From: a virus
Taxonomy: Duplodnaviria > Heunggongvirae > Uroviricota > Caudoviricetes
DNA: 64,000 bases
IMG/VR virus record: IMGVR_UViG_3300029305_007758
Reading direction: 5' to 3' (one strand)
The position numbers and the translations under genes are program-made. Under the pieces are notes generated by a model that worked only from the letters and a program-made list of their open reading frames with translations, made no database searches and was not told where the DNA came from. Positions 48,119 through 56,770 of this stretch are shown piece by piece; within the stretch, counting starts at the first letter, position 1, and every line of letters starts with the position of its first letter.

Positions 48119-48263
48119 ATTTCTTCCTCGCTTCTTAATCAATCTGTTTTGCACCTAACAGGTTCAATAACCCCGTTTCAAATGCAGTTGTTACACATTT
48201 TTCTGCGTTATCAACTTCATAGTTTACTGAATCAACTCTAACTTCGAAACACTAGGATAAATC

Positions 48264-49469
48264 CTAGTGTTCCATTCTCCAATTGATACAACGCTGTAAG
48301 TAATCAACATATGCATCATTTTTACACATACCTTTACCTGGAGTATCACTGATTTTTGCACAATCACTACCATTCACATTTGTTACTTTCATAACAATGT
48401 TTAAAGCTGGCGCAAATGTATCATTTGAGATATAAGTTCCAATTCCAAATGCAACTTTTGCTCTGCCACAGAAGTGACGCGCAATTTTATCTGCCTTTTC
48501 AAAGTTTAAACTGTCACTAAATAACAGTGTCTTTGTTTTTGGATCGATACCAAGTGATTCATAATGACGAATCATTTTTTCGCCCCATTCAATTGGATCA
48601 CCACTATCATGGCGTACACCGCTAAAAAGTGATGCAAATGTTAACTGAAAATCTTTTAAGAATACATCAGTTGTAATTGTGTCAGTTAACATGATTCCAT
48701 TTAATACTCCGTATTCTTTAACCCATGCTTCCATTGTGTACCAATTTGAATAAGCAGGATTGTGTTTCGGATTACCCTGACCAATTGCCATATTGAGCTC
48801 ATGCGCCATGGTTCCGACAGCAGTCAGTCCAAATTTCTTTGCCAGATATACATTACTTGTTCCAACAAAATTGCTGCAACCATACTTTGTTTCAGCTAAG
48901 CGTTTTACAGCATATTCCTGTGCCTCAGCTGATAAACGTCTACGAAGACCAAATTCACTGAAATTTGCTAAGTAAAGTGGACCACCAACAGCAATCTTCT
49001 TTAACTTTTCTTCGAAATGTTCTTTGAAGCTAATAAGCAATTCATCATAATCATACATCATACGGAAATATACTTCATTTACGATTGCAAGCACCGGAAT
49101 TTCATACATAGATGTATTGAGCCAAGCGCCTTTTGCTTCAATGGATAAACCACATTCAGCATCTGTTGTGATTGTAAAATCTTCGAAACGAGGACTCCAG
49201 AGACGTAAGAAATCAATGTATGACTTTTTGAGCCATTTAATTGATGCAAGATACTGTAATTCTTCTTCAATAAATCGAAGATCGCAGTACGCTTTAATCT
49301 GTTCAGTAATCTCTTCCACAATTGCTGGTGTGAAATATACATCCTTGTTACGACATTTAAATGTCCATGTTGTTTCATAATCAGAAAACTGATGGAAGAT
49401 ACACTGACCCATGCTAAGTTTGTACAAATCTGTCTCTAAGAGACTTGTAATAATTGGATTGAGTTTCAT
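48264..49469 (-). CDS. pncB: nicotinate phosphoribosyltransferase
   Basis: SLLETDLYKLSMGQCIFHQF, GTSNVYLAKKFGLTAVGTMAHE, GVRHDSGDPIEWGEKMIRHYESLGIDPKTKTLLFSD and NIVMKV..NG...AKISDTPGK are collinear with the conserved blocks of class-I PncB. 401 aa. AAGGAG RBS. Motif B at 49516..49525. Confidence 0.9.
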   Translation of the reverse strand: MKLNPIITSLLETDLYKLSMGQCIFHQFSDYETTWTFKCRNKDVYFTPAIVEEITEQIKAYCDLRFIEEELQYLASIKWLKKSYIDFLRLWSPRFEDFTITTDAECGLSIEAKGAWLNTSMYEIPVLAIVNEVYFRMMYDYDELLISFKEHFEEKLKKIAVGGPLYLANFSEFGLRRRLSAEAQEYAVKRLAETKYGCSNFVGTSNVYLAKKFGLTAVGTMAHELNMAIGQGNPKHNPAYSNWYTMEAWVKEYGVLNGIMLTDTITTDVFLKDFQLTFASLFSGVRHDSGDPIEWGEKMIRHYESLGIDPKTKTLLFSDSLNFEKADKIARHFCGRAKVAFGIGTYISNDTFAPALNIVMKVTNVNGSDCAKISDTPGKGMCKNDAYVDYLQRCINWRMEH

Positions 49470-49515
49470 TGTTTGTTACTCCTTTTCTTTGTTTATTTTG
49501 TATTTGTTACGATAT

Positions 49516-49525
49516 TAAATATGGT
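49516..49525 (-). promoter_or_regulatory. motif-B promoter-like element upstream of pncB
   Basis: taaatatggt on plus strand, which is accatattta on the gene strand. Confidence 0.5.
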
Positions 49526-49590
49526 ACATATATAAGAAACGAAGTTATTTGTAACAACTTTTGTCACAAATAATCTCGTTTCATTATGTA

Positions 49591-50730
49591 TTACACAGCC
49601 GGTTTACTCATTTCAATCAGTTTCTGTCTCATATCTGCTTCAATTTTCTGTAATTCAGCTTCTGCTGCAACACGTTTCTTGCGACCATCTTCCTGAATTT
49701 TCATTACTTCATCCAATGTTGAAATCAATGTCTGATTTGTGGCCTGTAATGTTTCAATATCTACAATGCCTCTTTCTGCTTCCTTTGCAGTTTCAATTGT
49801 TGCAAGTTTTAACTGTTCCGCGTTTTTCTTAAGTAAGGCATTTGTCATATCACTTACCTGTCGCTGAGCTGCTGCAGCTTCATTTGCATGGTCAACACCA
49901 ATTGCAATTACCATCTGACTCTTCCATAAAGGAATCGTATTCATTAATGTTGATTGGATTTTATCAGACATAATCGTATCATTATTTTGAATTAAACGAA
50001 TCTGTGACGCCATTTGTAACGATACAGTTCTGGAAAGTTCAAGATCGTATATTTTCTTTTCGAATCGATTACACATTTCTGCAAAATCTTTTGCTCTCTG
50101 TGTATCTTCCGGCAAACCACTCTGTTCTGCTTTTTTAAGTAACTCCGGTAATTCTACAGTACGTGCCTGTTCCAATTTTGTTTTGCCAGCAAGGATGTAC
50201 ATAGATAACTCTTTGAAGTATAACAGATTCAAATCATACATCTTATCGAGCATAGCCGCATCTTCTATCAATTCTTCTCGATGCGATTCCATGACGGCAC
50301 AAATTTTGCTAATGTTTTCTTCTGCTTTTGCATACTTTGTTTTAATCATAGCAAGTTTGTTACTATTCCTTCTAAAGAAACCTAAGAATCCGCGGGCTGG
50401 TTCGTTGAATTCCTTTAATTCTGTTACAACATCTGTCAATAACTCTCCAATTTCACCCATATCTTTGGTACGAACGCTACTTAATGCTGTTTCAGAGAAA
50501 TCAGCCATCTTTTTCTGACTGGTAGAACCATACTGCATCACCAATTTTGTATCATTTAAATTAATTTTCTGGGCAAATTCATCCACCATTTTCTGTTCCT
50601 CGGGTGTTAAATTCACTTCTTTTGGAACTTCCACTGGTGTAGCTATTACAACTTCTTCTTTTGTTCTCACATCATTAACTGTATCAAATGTTAATGTTGG
50701 CATTTCTGTTAACATTTTTTCTAATTCCAT
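49591..50730 (-). CDS. telA: TelA-like (toxic anion resistance / KlaA family) protein
   Basis: EEQKMVDEFAQKINLNDTKLVMQYGSTSQKKMADFSETALSSVRTKDMGEIGELLTDVVTELKEF is the TelA signature region. GGAGG RBS. Confidence 0.75.
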   Translation of the reverse strand: MELEKMLTEMPTLTFDTVNDVRTKEEVVIATPVEVPKEVNLTPEEQKMVDEFAQKINLNDTKLVMQYGSTSQKKMADFSETALSSVRTKDMGEIGELLTDVVTELKEFNEPARGFLGFFRRNSNKLAMIKTKYAKAEENISKICAVMESHREELIEDAAMLDKMYDLNLLYFKELSMYILAGKTKLEQARTVELPELLKKAEQSGLPEDTQRAKDFAEMCNRFEKKIYDLELSRTVSLQMASQIRLIQNNDTIMSDKIQSTLMNTIPLWKSQMVIAIGVDHANEAAAAQRQVSDMTNALLKKNAEQLKLATIETAKEAERGIVDIETLQATNQTLISTLDEVMKIQEDGRKKRVAAEAELQKIEADMRQKLIEMSKPAV

Positions 50731-50732
50731 TT

Positions 50733-51371
50733 TTATACCTCCGAAAAATCACTTTTTGTCAAACCATCTTTTGCAAGCACTGTTTTAAGCACCTGTGCGT
50801 CTGTTGTAATATCAATGACATCTACCTGAAATAACTGATTCAAAAGTTCTGTAAACGCTTCATTGACTACATCCATTGTCTTTTCAATTTCTATTTTTGC
50901 AGCAACAACTTCTGTCCCAGGATTTCGAACTTCATTAAATTTCAAATATCCCTGCAGCAATTTAATTGTCATTGGTAAATAATGATTCATTAATTTATAC
51001 ATCTTTGATATTTGGTCCGGGGATTCTTTCAATCTTGCAAAAATCTCTGTCAAAAGATTTTCTGTACAATTCATTTTTTCAGAAATTAATTCTCCTGGAA
51101 TCATATCATTAAGATTATGAATTTTATGAATATATTCGTTCCCTTTTTGAATCATAGATTCGATTTCGCTTAAAGTTTGTTCCATTGGTTTCGTTTCAGC
51201 TTTGAGCTTTGTCTCAGAAACGCAAATTACATTTGCATATGGATCAATTACATCTGTTTCACTATTATTTAATAACGTATTAAGTTGTTTAAAGTTGTTA
51301 TTATCAATTGCTTCTGCTACAGCATTTTTGAATTCTTTACTTGGTTTAAACGGATACCTATTTTTGCTCAT
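50733..51371 (-). CDS. hypothetical protein, possibly XpaC-like (the usual TelA partner in Firmicutes)
   Basis: Immediately upstream of telA with a 2 nt gap. About 210 aa. Assignment is from context and size only. Motif A at 51411..51441. Confidence 0.3.
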   Translation of the reverse strand: MSKNRYPFKPSKEFKNAVAEAIDNNNFKQLNTLLNNSETDVIDPYANVICVSETKLKAETKPMEQTLSEIESMIQKGNEYIHKIHNLNDMIPGELISEKMNCTENLLTEIFARLKESPDQISKMYKLMNHYLPMTIKLLQGYLKFNEVRNPGTEVVAAKIEIEKTMDVVNEAFTELLNQLFQVDVIDITTDAQVLKTVLAKDGLTKSDFSEV

Positions 51372-51410
51372 AATGACTCCTTGTTTGTTACAAACTTTTA
51401 TTTTTCTTTA

Positions 51411-51441
51411 TATATTAGGATCAAACTTTCTTAAAACGTAG
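51411..51441 (-). promoter_or_regulatory. motif-A promoter-like element upstream of the XpaC-like/telA pair
   Basis: Reverse complement reads ctacgtttt aagaaagttt gatcctaatata. Confidence 0.55.
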
Positions 51442-51474
51442 CAAAACCCACGGATTTCCCATGGGTTTGTTGTT

Positions 51475-51924
51475 TTAATTATAATTGTAAAATTCTTGCA
51501 ACGAATATAAATCCTCATAGACACATGGCGTTCCATCAGAATTTGTAAGTGGAGTCATTGAACCACCATCATCGCTATATACCGTATATAAATAAGTATT
51601 CCCTGTTTCAAGATCAACAAGTGTGTACATATATGCGTATCCTTTTGCATATATTGTTTCCTTTTCTACCGGCACAAAACGTACATTGCCTCGGAGTTCT
51701 ACAGAATATCCATCAGGATCTTTTAAATGAAATTCTCTTGTTGTGTTCGTATCATCTGAATTGTAACTATTATTACTTGAATCGTAGTTGTTTGATTCAT
51801 AACCATTACTTGCTGCATAGTCCGAATAGTTTTCATGACTAATTGATGATGTCTGACCACAACCTGTTACGGTAATTATTGTTACAATCACTAATAATGT
51901 CGTTATTACACGTTTTGTATTCAT
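51475..51924 (-). CDS. putative lipoprotein, Asn/Ser/Tyr-rich
   Basis: Lipobox VTGC. Motif B at 51971..51981. Confidence 0.55.
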   Translation of the reverse strand: MNTKRVITTLLVIVTIITVTGCGQTSSISHENYSDYAASNGYESNNYDSSNNSYNSDDTNTTREFHLKDPDGYSVELRGNVRFVPVEKETIYAKGYAYMYTLVDLETGNTYLYTVYSDDGGSMTPLTNSDGTPCVYEDLYSLQEFYNYN

Positions 51925-52041
51925 ATTTATATTCTCCTTTATAATTAATAGATGTATTTTATTGCATTCTTAAATATGGTTCATCAGATAACTCTTTAAA
52001 AAAAATACGAAGCAGGTTAATCTGCTCCGTATTCATTTGTT

Positions 52042-52935
52042 TTAGAAAATCAATGATGCTTTTGTATCCCATTTACTGTATAAATGCCCGTCCGGACGAA
52101 GAATGAGATACTTCACACTGTTTTTACATTCTTTGGACTGTGCCATAGAATCTTCATCAATTACTGTTGAGAAACCTTCCCAATCATAACGGTCTGCACC
52201 ATATTCAAGTGTATCTAAATATTTTCCCTCTGACTTAACTTTATTCTTAAAATACGAAATAAAGTCATGTGTTAAAGATGTAACATTTTCTTTAATCCAA
52301 TCAGCCTGGGGAGTACCATCTTCTGATGTCCATAATGCACGGCACGTAATCTGATCTGCACCAAGTGTTTTGCAACGATTAATAACGGTCTCCAATGCTA
52401 CTGGTGCATCTTCTAACCCTGCAACCATTTTATCATTCATATTAAGACAGATTCGAAGATTCATATTGTGCGCTTTGATTTTGTAACAAAGACCTTCGAT
52501 ACACAAGTTTCCGTCTGGAGTCTGAATCATCTCTTTGTTAAGTAGGTCATCATCAAGACATGCAACCGAAATTGCCATTGTTGTTACACCAATTTCCTGT
52601 AAGAAATCTAACATGTCATCATCGATAAATGCTCCGGATGTCTGCATTTCAATATTAAGAAATGGGTCTTTTAATGATTTGTTTACAACACCAAGTACGC
52701 GTAAGAAATCTTTGTTCTGCTGTGGTTCATTGTTACCTGTAAGCATCAATGTATTGCAGCCATTATCTCTGGCGTACTGTAATCGTTTTTTCATATCTTC
52801 AATGTAACTCATAGTTGTTGCAATTGGTGTGAAGCGGTCTTCATATTCGCCACCATGCATTTTGCTGCAACAGAATTCGCAGTCATTAATGCAACGTTTT
52901 GCTGGAACGCAAATACTTAAGCTCTGAATATTCAT
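52042..52935 (-). CDS. radical SAM enzyme of unknown specificity
   Basis: CINDCEFC (Cx3Cx2C) near the N-terminus, then LTGNNEP (a GGEP-like SAM motif). Start is 1 nt from the pncA stop. Terminator at about 52001..52050. Confidence 0.7.
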   Translation of the reverse strand: MNIQSLSICVPAKRCINDCEFCCSKMHGGEYEDRFTPIATTMSYIEDMKKRLQYARDNGCNTLMLTGNNEPQQNKDFLRVLGVVNKSLKDPFLNIEMQTSGAFIDDDMLDFLQEIGVTTMAISVACLDDDLLNKEMIQTPDGNLCIEGLCYKIKAHNMNLRICLNMNDKMVAGLEDAPVALETVINRCKTLGADQITCRALWTSEDGTPQADWIKENVTSLTHDFISYFKNKVKSEGKYLDTLEYGADRYDWEGFSTVIDEDSMAQSKECKNSVKYLILRPDGHLYSKWDTKASLIF

Positions 52936-52936
52936 C

Positions 52937-53494
52937 TTATCGCACCTCCACCTGACACATCTTCATTGCTTCAATAGCTGTTTTGTGTGACTCTGGAGTT
53001 ACGCATGCGCATGCTTTTTCGATAACGCAAATCTTTGTTTCCGGCACCGCTGCTTTCGCAATAAGTACGTTACTGATAACACAGATTCCGGTACAAACGC
53101 CACAGAAATGAATTTCGTCATAATCAGAAAATTCAAATTTAAGTTTATGTGCCAAAATTTCAGAACCAAATGTTGGTTTCTCAAGAACTATTCCTTTTAT
53201 ATATTTAGACGCAGATGTTAATTTTGAAGTCTGATTTACAATTGCTTCTTTAATATCTTTCTGAATCTCATGACCTTTTGTACCTCTGATACAATGTGGA
53301 ACCGGTAAATTTCTACCTTCCTGTGTTTCCATGTAATTTTCGCCATGAGTATCCTGAGTCGTAATAATTGCATCATACTCACCTGATTCAATAAGCTTAA
53401 TTACTTCCGGTACTGTTGCTGCGCATTCAGCGTTTCCCAATGGTCCTGTTAAAAAGTCGTTCTGCATGTCCACGATTACTAATGCTTTTTTCAT
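52937..53494 (-). CDS. pncA: nicotinamidase (isochorismatase-fold)
   Basis: ALVIVDMQNDF (catalytic Asp). PHCIRGTKGHEI, compare PncA PHCVSGTPGADF (metal site). FCGVCTGICV, compare ATDHCV (catalytic Cys). Confidence 0.8.
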   Translation of the reverse strand: MKKALVIVDMQNDFLTGPLGNAECAATVPEVIKLIESGEYDAIITTQDTHGENYMETQEGRNLPVPHCIRGTKGHEIQKDIKEAIVNQTSKLTSASKYIKGIVLEKPTFGSEILAHKLKFEFSDYDEIHFCGVCTGICVISNVLIAKAAVPETKICVIEKACACVTPESHKTAIEAMKMCQVEVR

Positions 53495-53522
53495 AATTTT
53501 TGTTTCCTTTCATTTACATAGA

Positions 53523-54095
53523 TTAATTGTTATTATTTATCATGTTTCGATAAAACGGCACCGACATTAACTCGGCACGAAGTCTATCGTACATTTTATG
53601 AAGTCTCGGATTTACAAGTGCCATCCATTCTTCGCGGCGATCTTCAACCATGAGCTGTCTTAACATTGTTGCAGAAATTGGAAGTTCCGCTCTGTTAATA
53701 ATAAGCTCAGTTGTGTTTTTAAGATCTTCTTTCGCAAACCAGCTGGAGCGACTCTCATCGTTTCCGTAAATCATGATTTCCGGGTTCTTATAGATATAAC
53801 GATGCACGTTATCTAATAAATAGCGCCCCCATTCTGGACGAATATCATCTTCATTTGTCATATCAGCAAGTCCGTAAATCATAATGTTTGGCGAATCACC
53901 GTAGATTTCCTTTAACATTTCGGTTCGGGTGTTGATGTTAAGTGGATTTCTTTCGGTACCACATTCCTGTGAACTACCTACTAAAATAATCAAACGATCA
54001 CACAACAATAAACCTGTATCAACAAGTTTTTCATGTCCCTTATGAAACGTCTGAAATCTACCAACAATTAATCCTGTATCGTATGGTTTTCCCAT
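53523..54095 (-). CDS. nadM: NadM/NadR-type nicotinamide/nicotinate mononucleotide adenylyltransferase
   Basis: GRFQTFHKGH is identical in pattern to archaeal/bacterial NMNAT GRFQPFHKGH ((H/T)xGH nucleotidyltransferase). IILVGSS. AAAGGAG RBS. Motif B at 54140..54150. Confidence 0.85.
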   Translation of the reverse strand: MGKPYDTGLIVGRFQTFHKGHEKLVDTGLLLCDRLIILVGSSQECGTERNPLNINTRTEMLKEIYGDSPNIMIYGLADMTNEDDIRPEWGRYLLDNVHRYIYKNPEIMIYGNDESRSSWFAKEDLKNTTELIINRAELPISATMLRQLMVEDRREEWMALVNPRLHKMYDRLRAELMSVPFYRNMINNNN

Positions 54096-54139
54096 ATTTT
54101 TACTCCTTTCGTTTGTTTATTATGTGTTTTGTAACAATT

Positions 54140-54150
54140 TAAATATGGTT
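54140..54150 (-). promoter_or_regulatory. motif-B promoter-like element upstream of the nadM-pncA-radical SAM operon
   Basis: taaatatggtt on plus strand. Confidence 0.5.
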
Positions 54151-54179
54151 TCCAGCTTCCGTTTCATAATTGATGCTTC

Positions 54180-55121
54180 TTATCTATGTGAGCATGGGTA
54201 TGGATCCCAACACTCTTCCTCGCAAGGGTCATACTCTTCTTTTAAATATGAAGTGGCTGCATCAATAGCTTTATTATATGCATCTCTAAAATCATCATAT
54301 TTATCACCAGTTAACGATAATTTACATGAATTTAAATTGGTTGAAATGTCATTATCATTTGTTTTTTCTTTCATTTCTGCATATCTACGTTTACGTTTTT
54401 CGTTTAACTGTTGTATCCGTTCATTTCTTTGTTTCTGCAGTTCTTCTTCTGATATAAATGTTGTAACGGTTTTACCTGTAGAACCAAAATTTTCTAAGTC
54501 CTTAGATTTTGAAACACTTTCTACAGGAGCGATTTTTGTCCAGTTTATACCAAAAATAACATCACATTCCTTTGACACTAAAGGGTTAATCATTGTATTT
54601 AATGCTTCTGAATCTCCAGTATCATCCCAGTTTATGAATAGGTTGCCATTGTAATCATTTTGCTTGATTTTAAAACTTTCATTTTGAATTTTATGTAACA
54701 AAAGCAAACGATCATGCGAATTGTAAATATAATCCGTATCAAGCAATTCTGTTACATCCATGTATCGAATTTTATTTTCTAAAACATCACAAAGCCAGTA
54801 AAAATGTTCCAAACCTTCTTTTAATTCACAAAGATTTTCTGTGCTTGTGGGGTCTGTAAAAAATATAGTAACAATCATCAATAAACTTGACACCGCGAAA
54901 TTACACATCCCAAATATTGTTAAAAATATTGAAATTAGTGACACCCCAAGAAACCCTATGTAAAATATCGTTTTAATCTTTTCAAATGCATAGGACTTAG
55001 GTGTATATACTTTGTCTTTATATGCATTTAAAAACACTTTTACAATTTCTTCTTTTGTAACATCAATTTTCACTTCATTAATTGTTAATTTTTGTTCTGT
55101 ATGAATATCGTAACTTGTCAT
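54180..55121 (-). CDS. membrane protein with Cys/Trp-rich C-terminus
   Basis: AAGGAGA RBS before MTSYDI. Motif A at 55140..55170. Confidence 0.5.
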   Translation of the reverse strand: MTSYDIHTEQKLTINEVKIDVTKEEIVKVFLNAYKDKVYTPKSYAFEKIKTIFYIGFLGVSLISIFLTIFGMCNFAVSSLLMIVTIFFTDPTSTENLCELKEGLEHFYWLCDVLENKIRYMDVTELLDTDYIYNSHDRLLLLHKIQNESFKIKQNDYNGNLFINWDDTGDSEALNTMINPLVSKECDVIFGINWTKIAPVESVSKSKDLENFGSTGKTVTTFISEEELQKQRNERIQQLNEKRKRRYAEMKEKTNDNDISTNLNSCKLSLTGDKYDDFRDAYNKAIDAATSYLKEEYDPCEEECWDPYPCSHR

Positions 55122-55261
55122 AAAAATCTCCTTATTACAATTAATAAGGTGCAACTTTTACTAAAACGTAGTAAAACTTACTTCTAACGAATGTAAATAT
55201 TTTTAAAACATAGTAAAAAAAACTGTCACAAGTATTTTTGTAACAGTTTTTGTATATCCAA

Positions 55262-56434
55262 CTATTCAATTTCTGTAATAATACCAACGCTTACTGTAAT
55301 ATCAACTTCTTGATTCAATTCATATTGTTCCCAAATAAACTGATTGTCACAATAATATGTATACGTTTTATCTTTTGATTCTACATATACATCGAAACAA
55401 TAAGATTCATTTTCATTTTTGACACGTTCATTACTGTCTAGTTCATAATCCGGCCAATATGGAACATTATTAATACCTGCGCTTTCTTCGGTACGGTCAT
55501 ATACCCATCGCTCTATCTCGTAATAATACTTTGTATCATATACCGGAACATCTTTGTAAACAGCTTCTTCATAATATTCGGTATGATATTCAGTTCGATA
55601 CTTTGGTGTTTGTGTTACATGTTCAGTAAATGTTCCATTTCCATTGTCACTATATGAAACATGTTCGTCATATCCATCAAATACTTGTTCTGCAACCTGA
55701 CGGGACTTTGTTTCATAATGACTGAAAACTGATTCATATTTCCTAATTTCATTATTAGTATATTTTAGCCGTCCGCCGCTAGGAACCCTGTCCCATGCAC
55801 TTTCTGTTACAGTTTTGTATTCTTCAATACTTATTTCTCGTTCCCATGTTTTTTCTGAGACAACACCTTCGTACTGTCGTGGCGATAGTAACCAAATAAG
55901 TCCTGCAATTATAAGTGCAACTAACGTAGTAACACCTAAAACTGCACCAATTTTTATACTCCATTCACGCAACTTTGAATTATGTGTTTTTGATGTAGTT
56001 TTCTTTTGTTCAGCTAATGTATACGGAAATTCATCAATTGGATTTGTAACAAATGATGATTCAATATCTTTTGTTTCATAAATATCCGAATCATATGAAT
56101 TTGTAACAAAAGTTTCTTTTTCTTCTTTTCTTGTTTCAGCTTCTCTCAACTCAAAATAATCTTTTGTTTCTTTTTCTCTTGAAGCTCCGCAATTTTTACA
56201 ATACTTAAACTGTGCATTATTTAGTGTGGTGCAATAATCACAGGTCCAATCCGGATCGGTTCCAACTTTTTTGATTTCATCTTCTAAAAGATACCGTTTC
56301 TTTTGTCCCAGATAAAATTTTGTATCTTTATCCTGCGGATGACCACAATTTGGGCAATACTTCTGTAATCCACCAATAGCATCTGCACTACAGTATTTAC
56401 AATTCCATAATCCTTCTACAATTCGTTCTGACAT
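55262..56434 (-). CDS. double zinc-ribbon single-pass membrane protein
   Basis: CKYCS...CPNCG and CDYC...CKNCG. One TM. Confidence 0.55.
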   Translation of the reverse strand: MSERIVEGLWNCKYCSADAIGGLQKYCPNCGHPQDKDTKFYLGQKKRYLLEDEIKKVGTDPDWTCDYCTTLNNAQFKYCKNCGASREKETKDYFELREAETRKEEKETFVTNSYDSDIYETKDIESSFVTNPIDEFPYTLAEQKKTTSKTHNSKLREWSIKIGAVLGVTTLVALIIAGLIWLLSPRQYEGVVSEKTWEREISIEEYKTVTESAWDRVPSGGRLKYTNNEIRKYESVFSHYETKSRQVAEQVFDGYDEHVSYSDNGNGTFTEHVTQTPKYRTEYHTEYYEEAVYKDVPVYDTKYYYEIERWVYDRTEESAGINNVPYWPDYELDSNERVKNENESYCFDVYVESKDKTYTYYCDNQFIWEQYELNQEVDITVSVGIITEIE

Positions 56435-56445
56435 AATTACTCCTA

Positions 56446-56667
56446 TTACTGGATCTCACCATAACTTGTTACGTCACAAAAACCTCTTCTTGCAAGTTCG
56501 TAACAAATTTGATTACAAGTTTCAATTGACAAATTCGAAATATACCAATTATTGTCATCTGTATCAACGAATTTAATACCTTCATAATCATCATCATAAC
56601 ATGCTGATACAATTTCTAATGTTACAAACTCGTTTGTGTCTTCATATGCTAATGCTACAATTCTCAT
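56446..56667 (-). CDS. hypothetical protein (73 aa)
   Basis: Motif A at 56695..56725. Confidence 0.45.
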   Translation of the reverse strand: MRIVALAYEDTNEFVTLEIVSACYDDDYEGIKFVDTDDNNWYISNLSIETCNQICYELARRGFCDVTSYGEIQ

Positions 56668-56770
56668 CTATAAACCTCCTAATTTTTCATATATAATATT
56701 AGGTACAAAAATATTTGAAACGTAGTAAAATTTAAAACAAAAATAAGAGCCAAAAAGCTGGCCCTTATCT

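Noticed and set aside
54124-54654. Plus-strand ORF (176 aa)
   Set aside because: Antisense to the well-supported minus gene 54180..55121 in an otherwise all-minus arm. Ser/Phe-rich low-complexity product.
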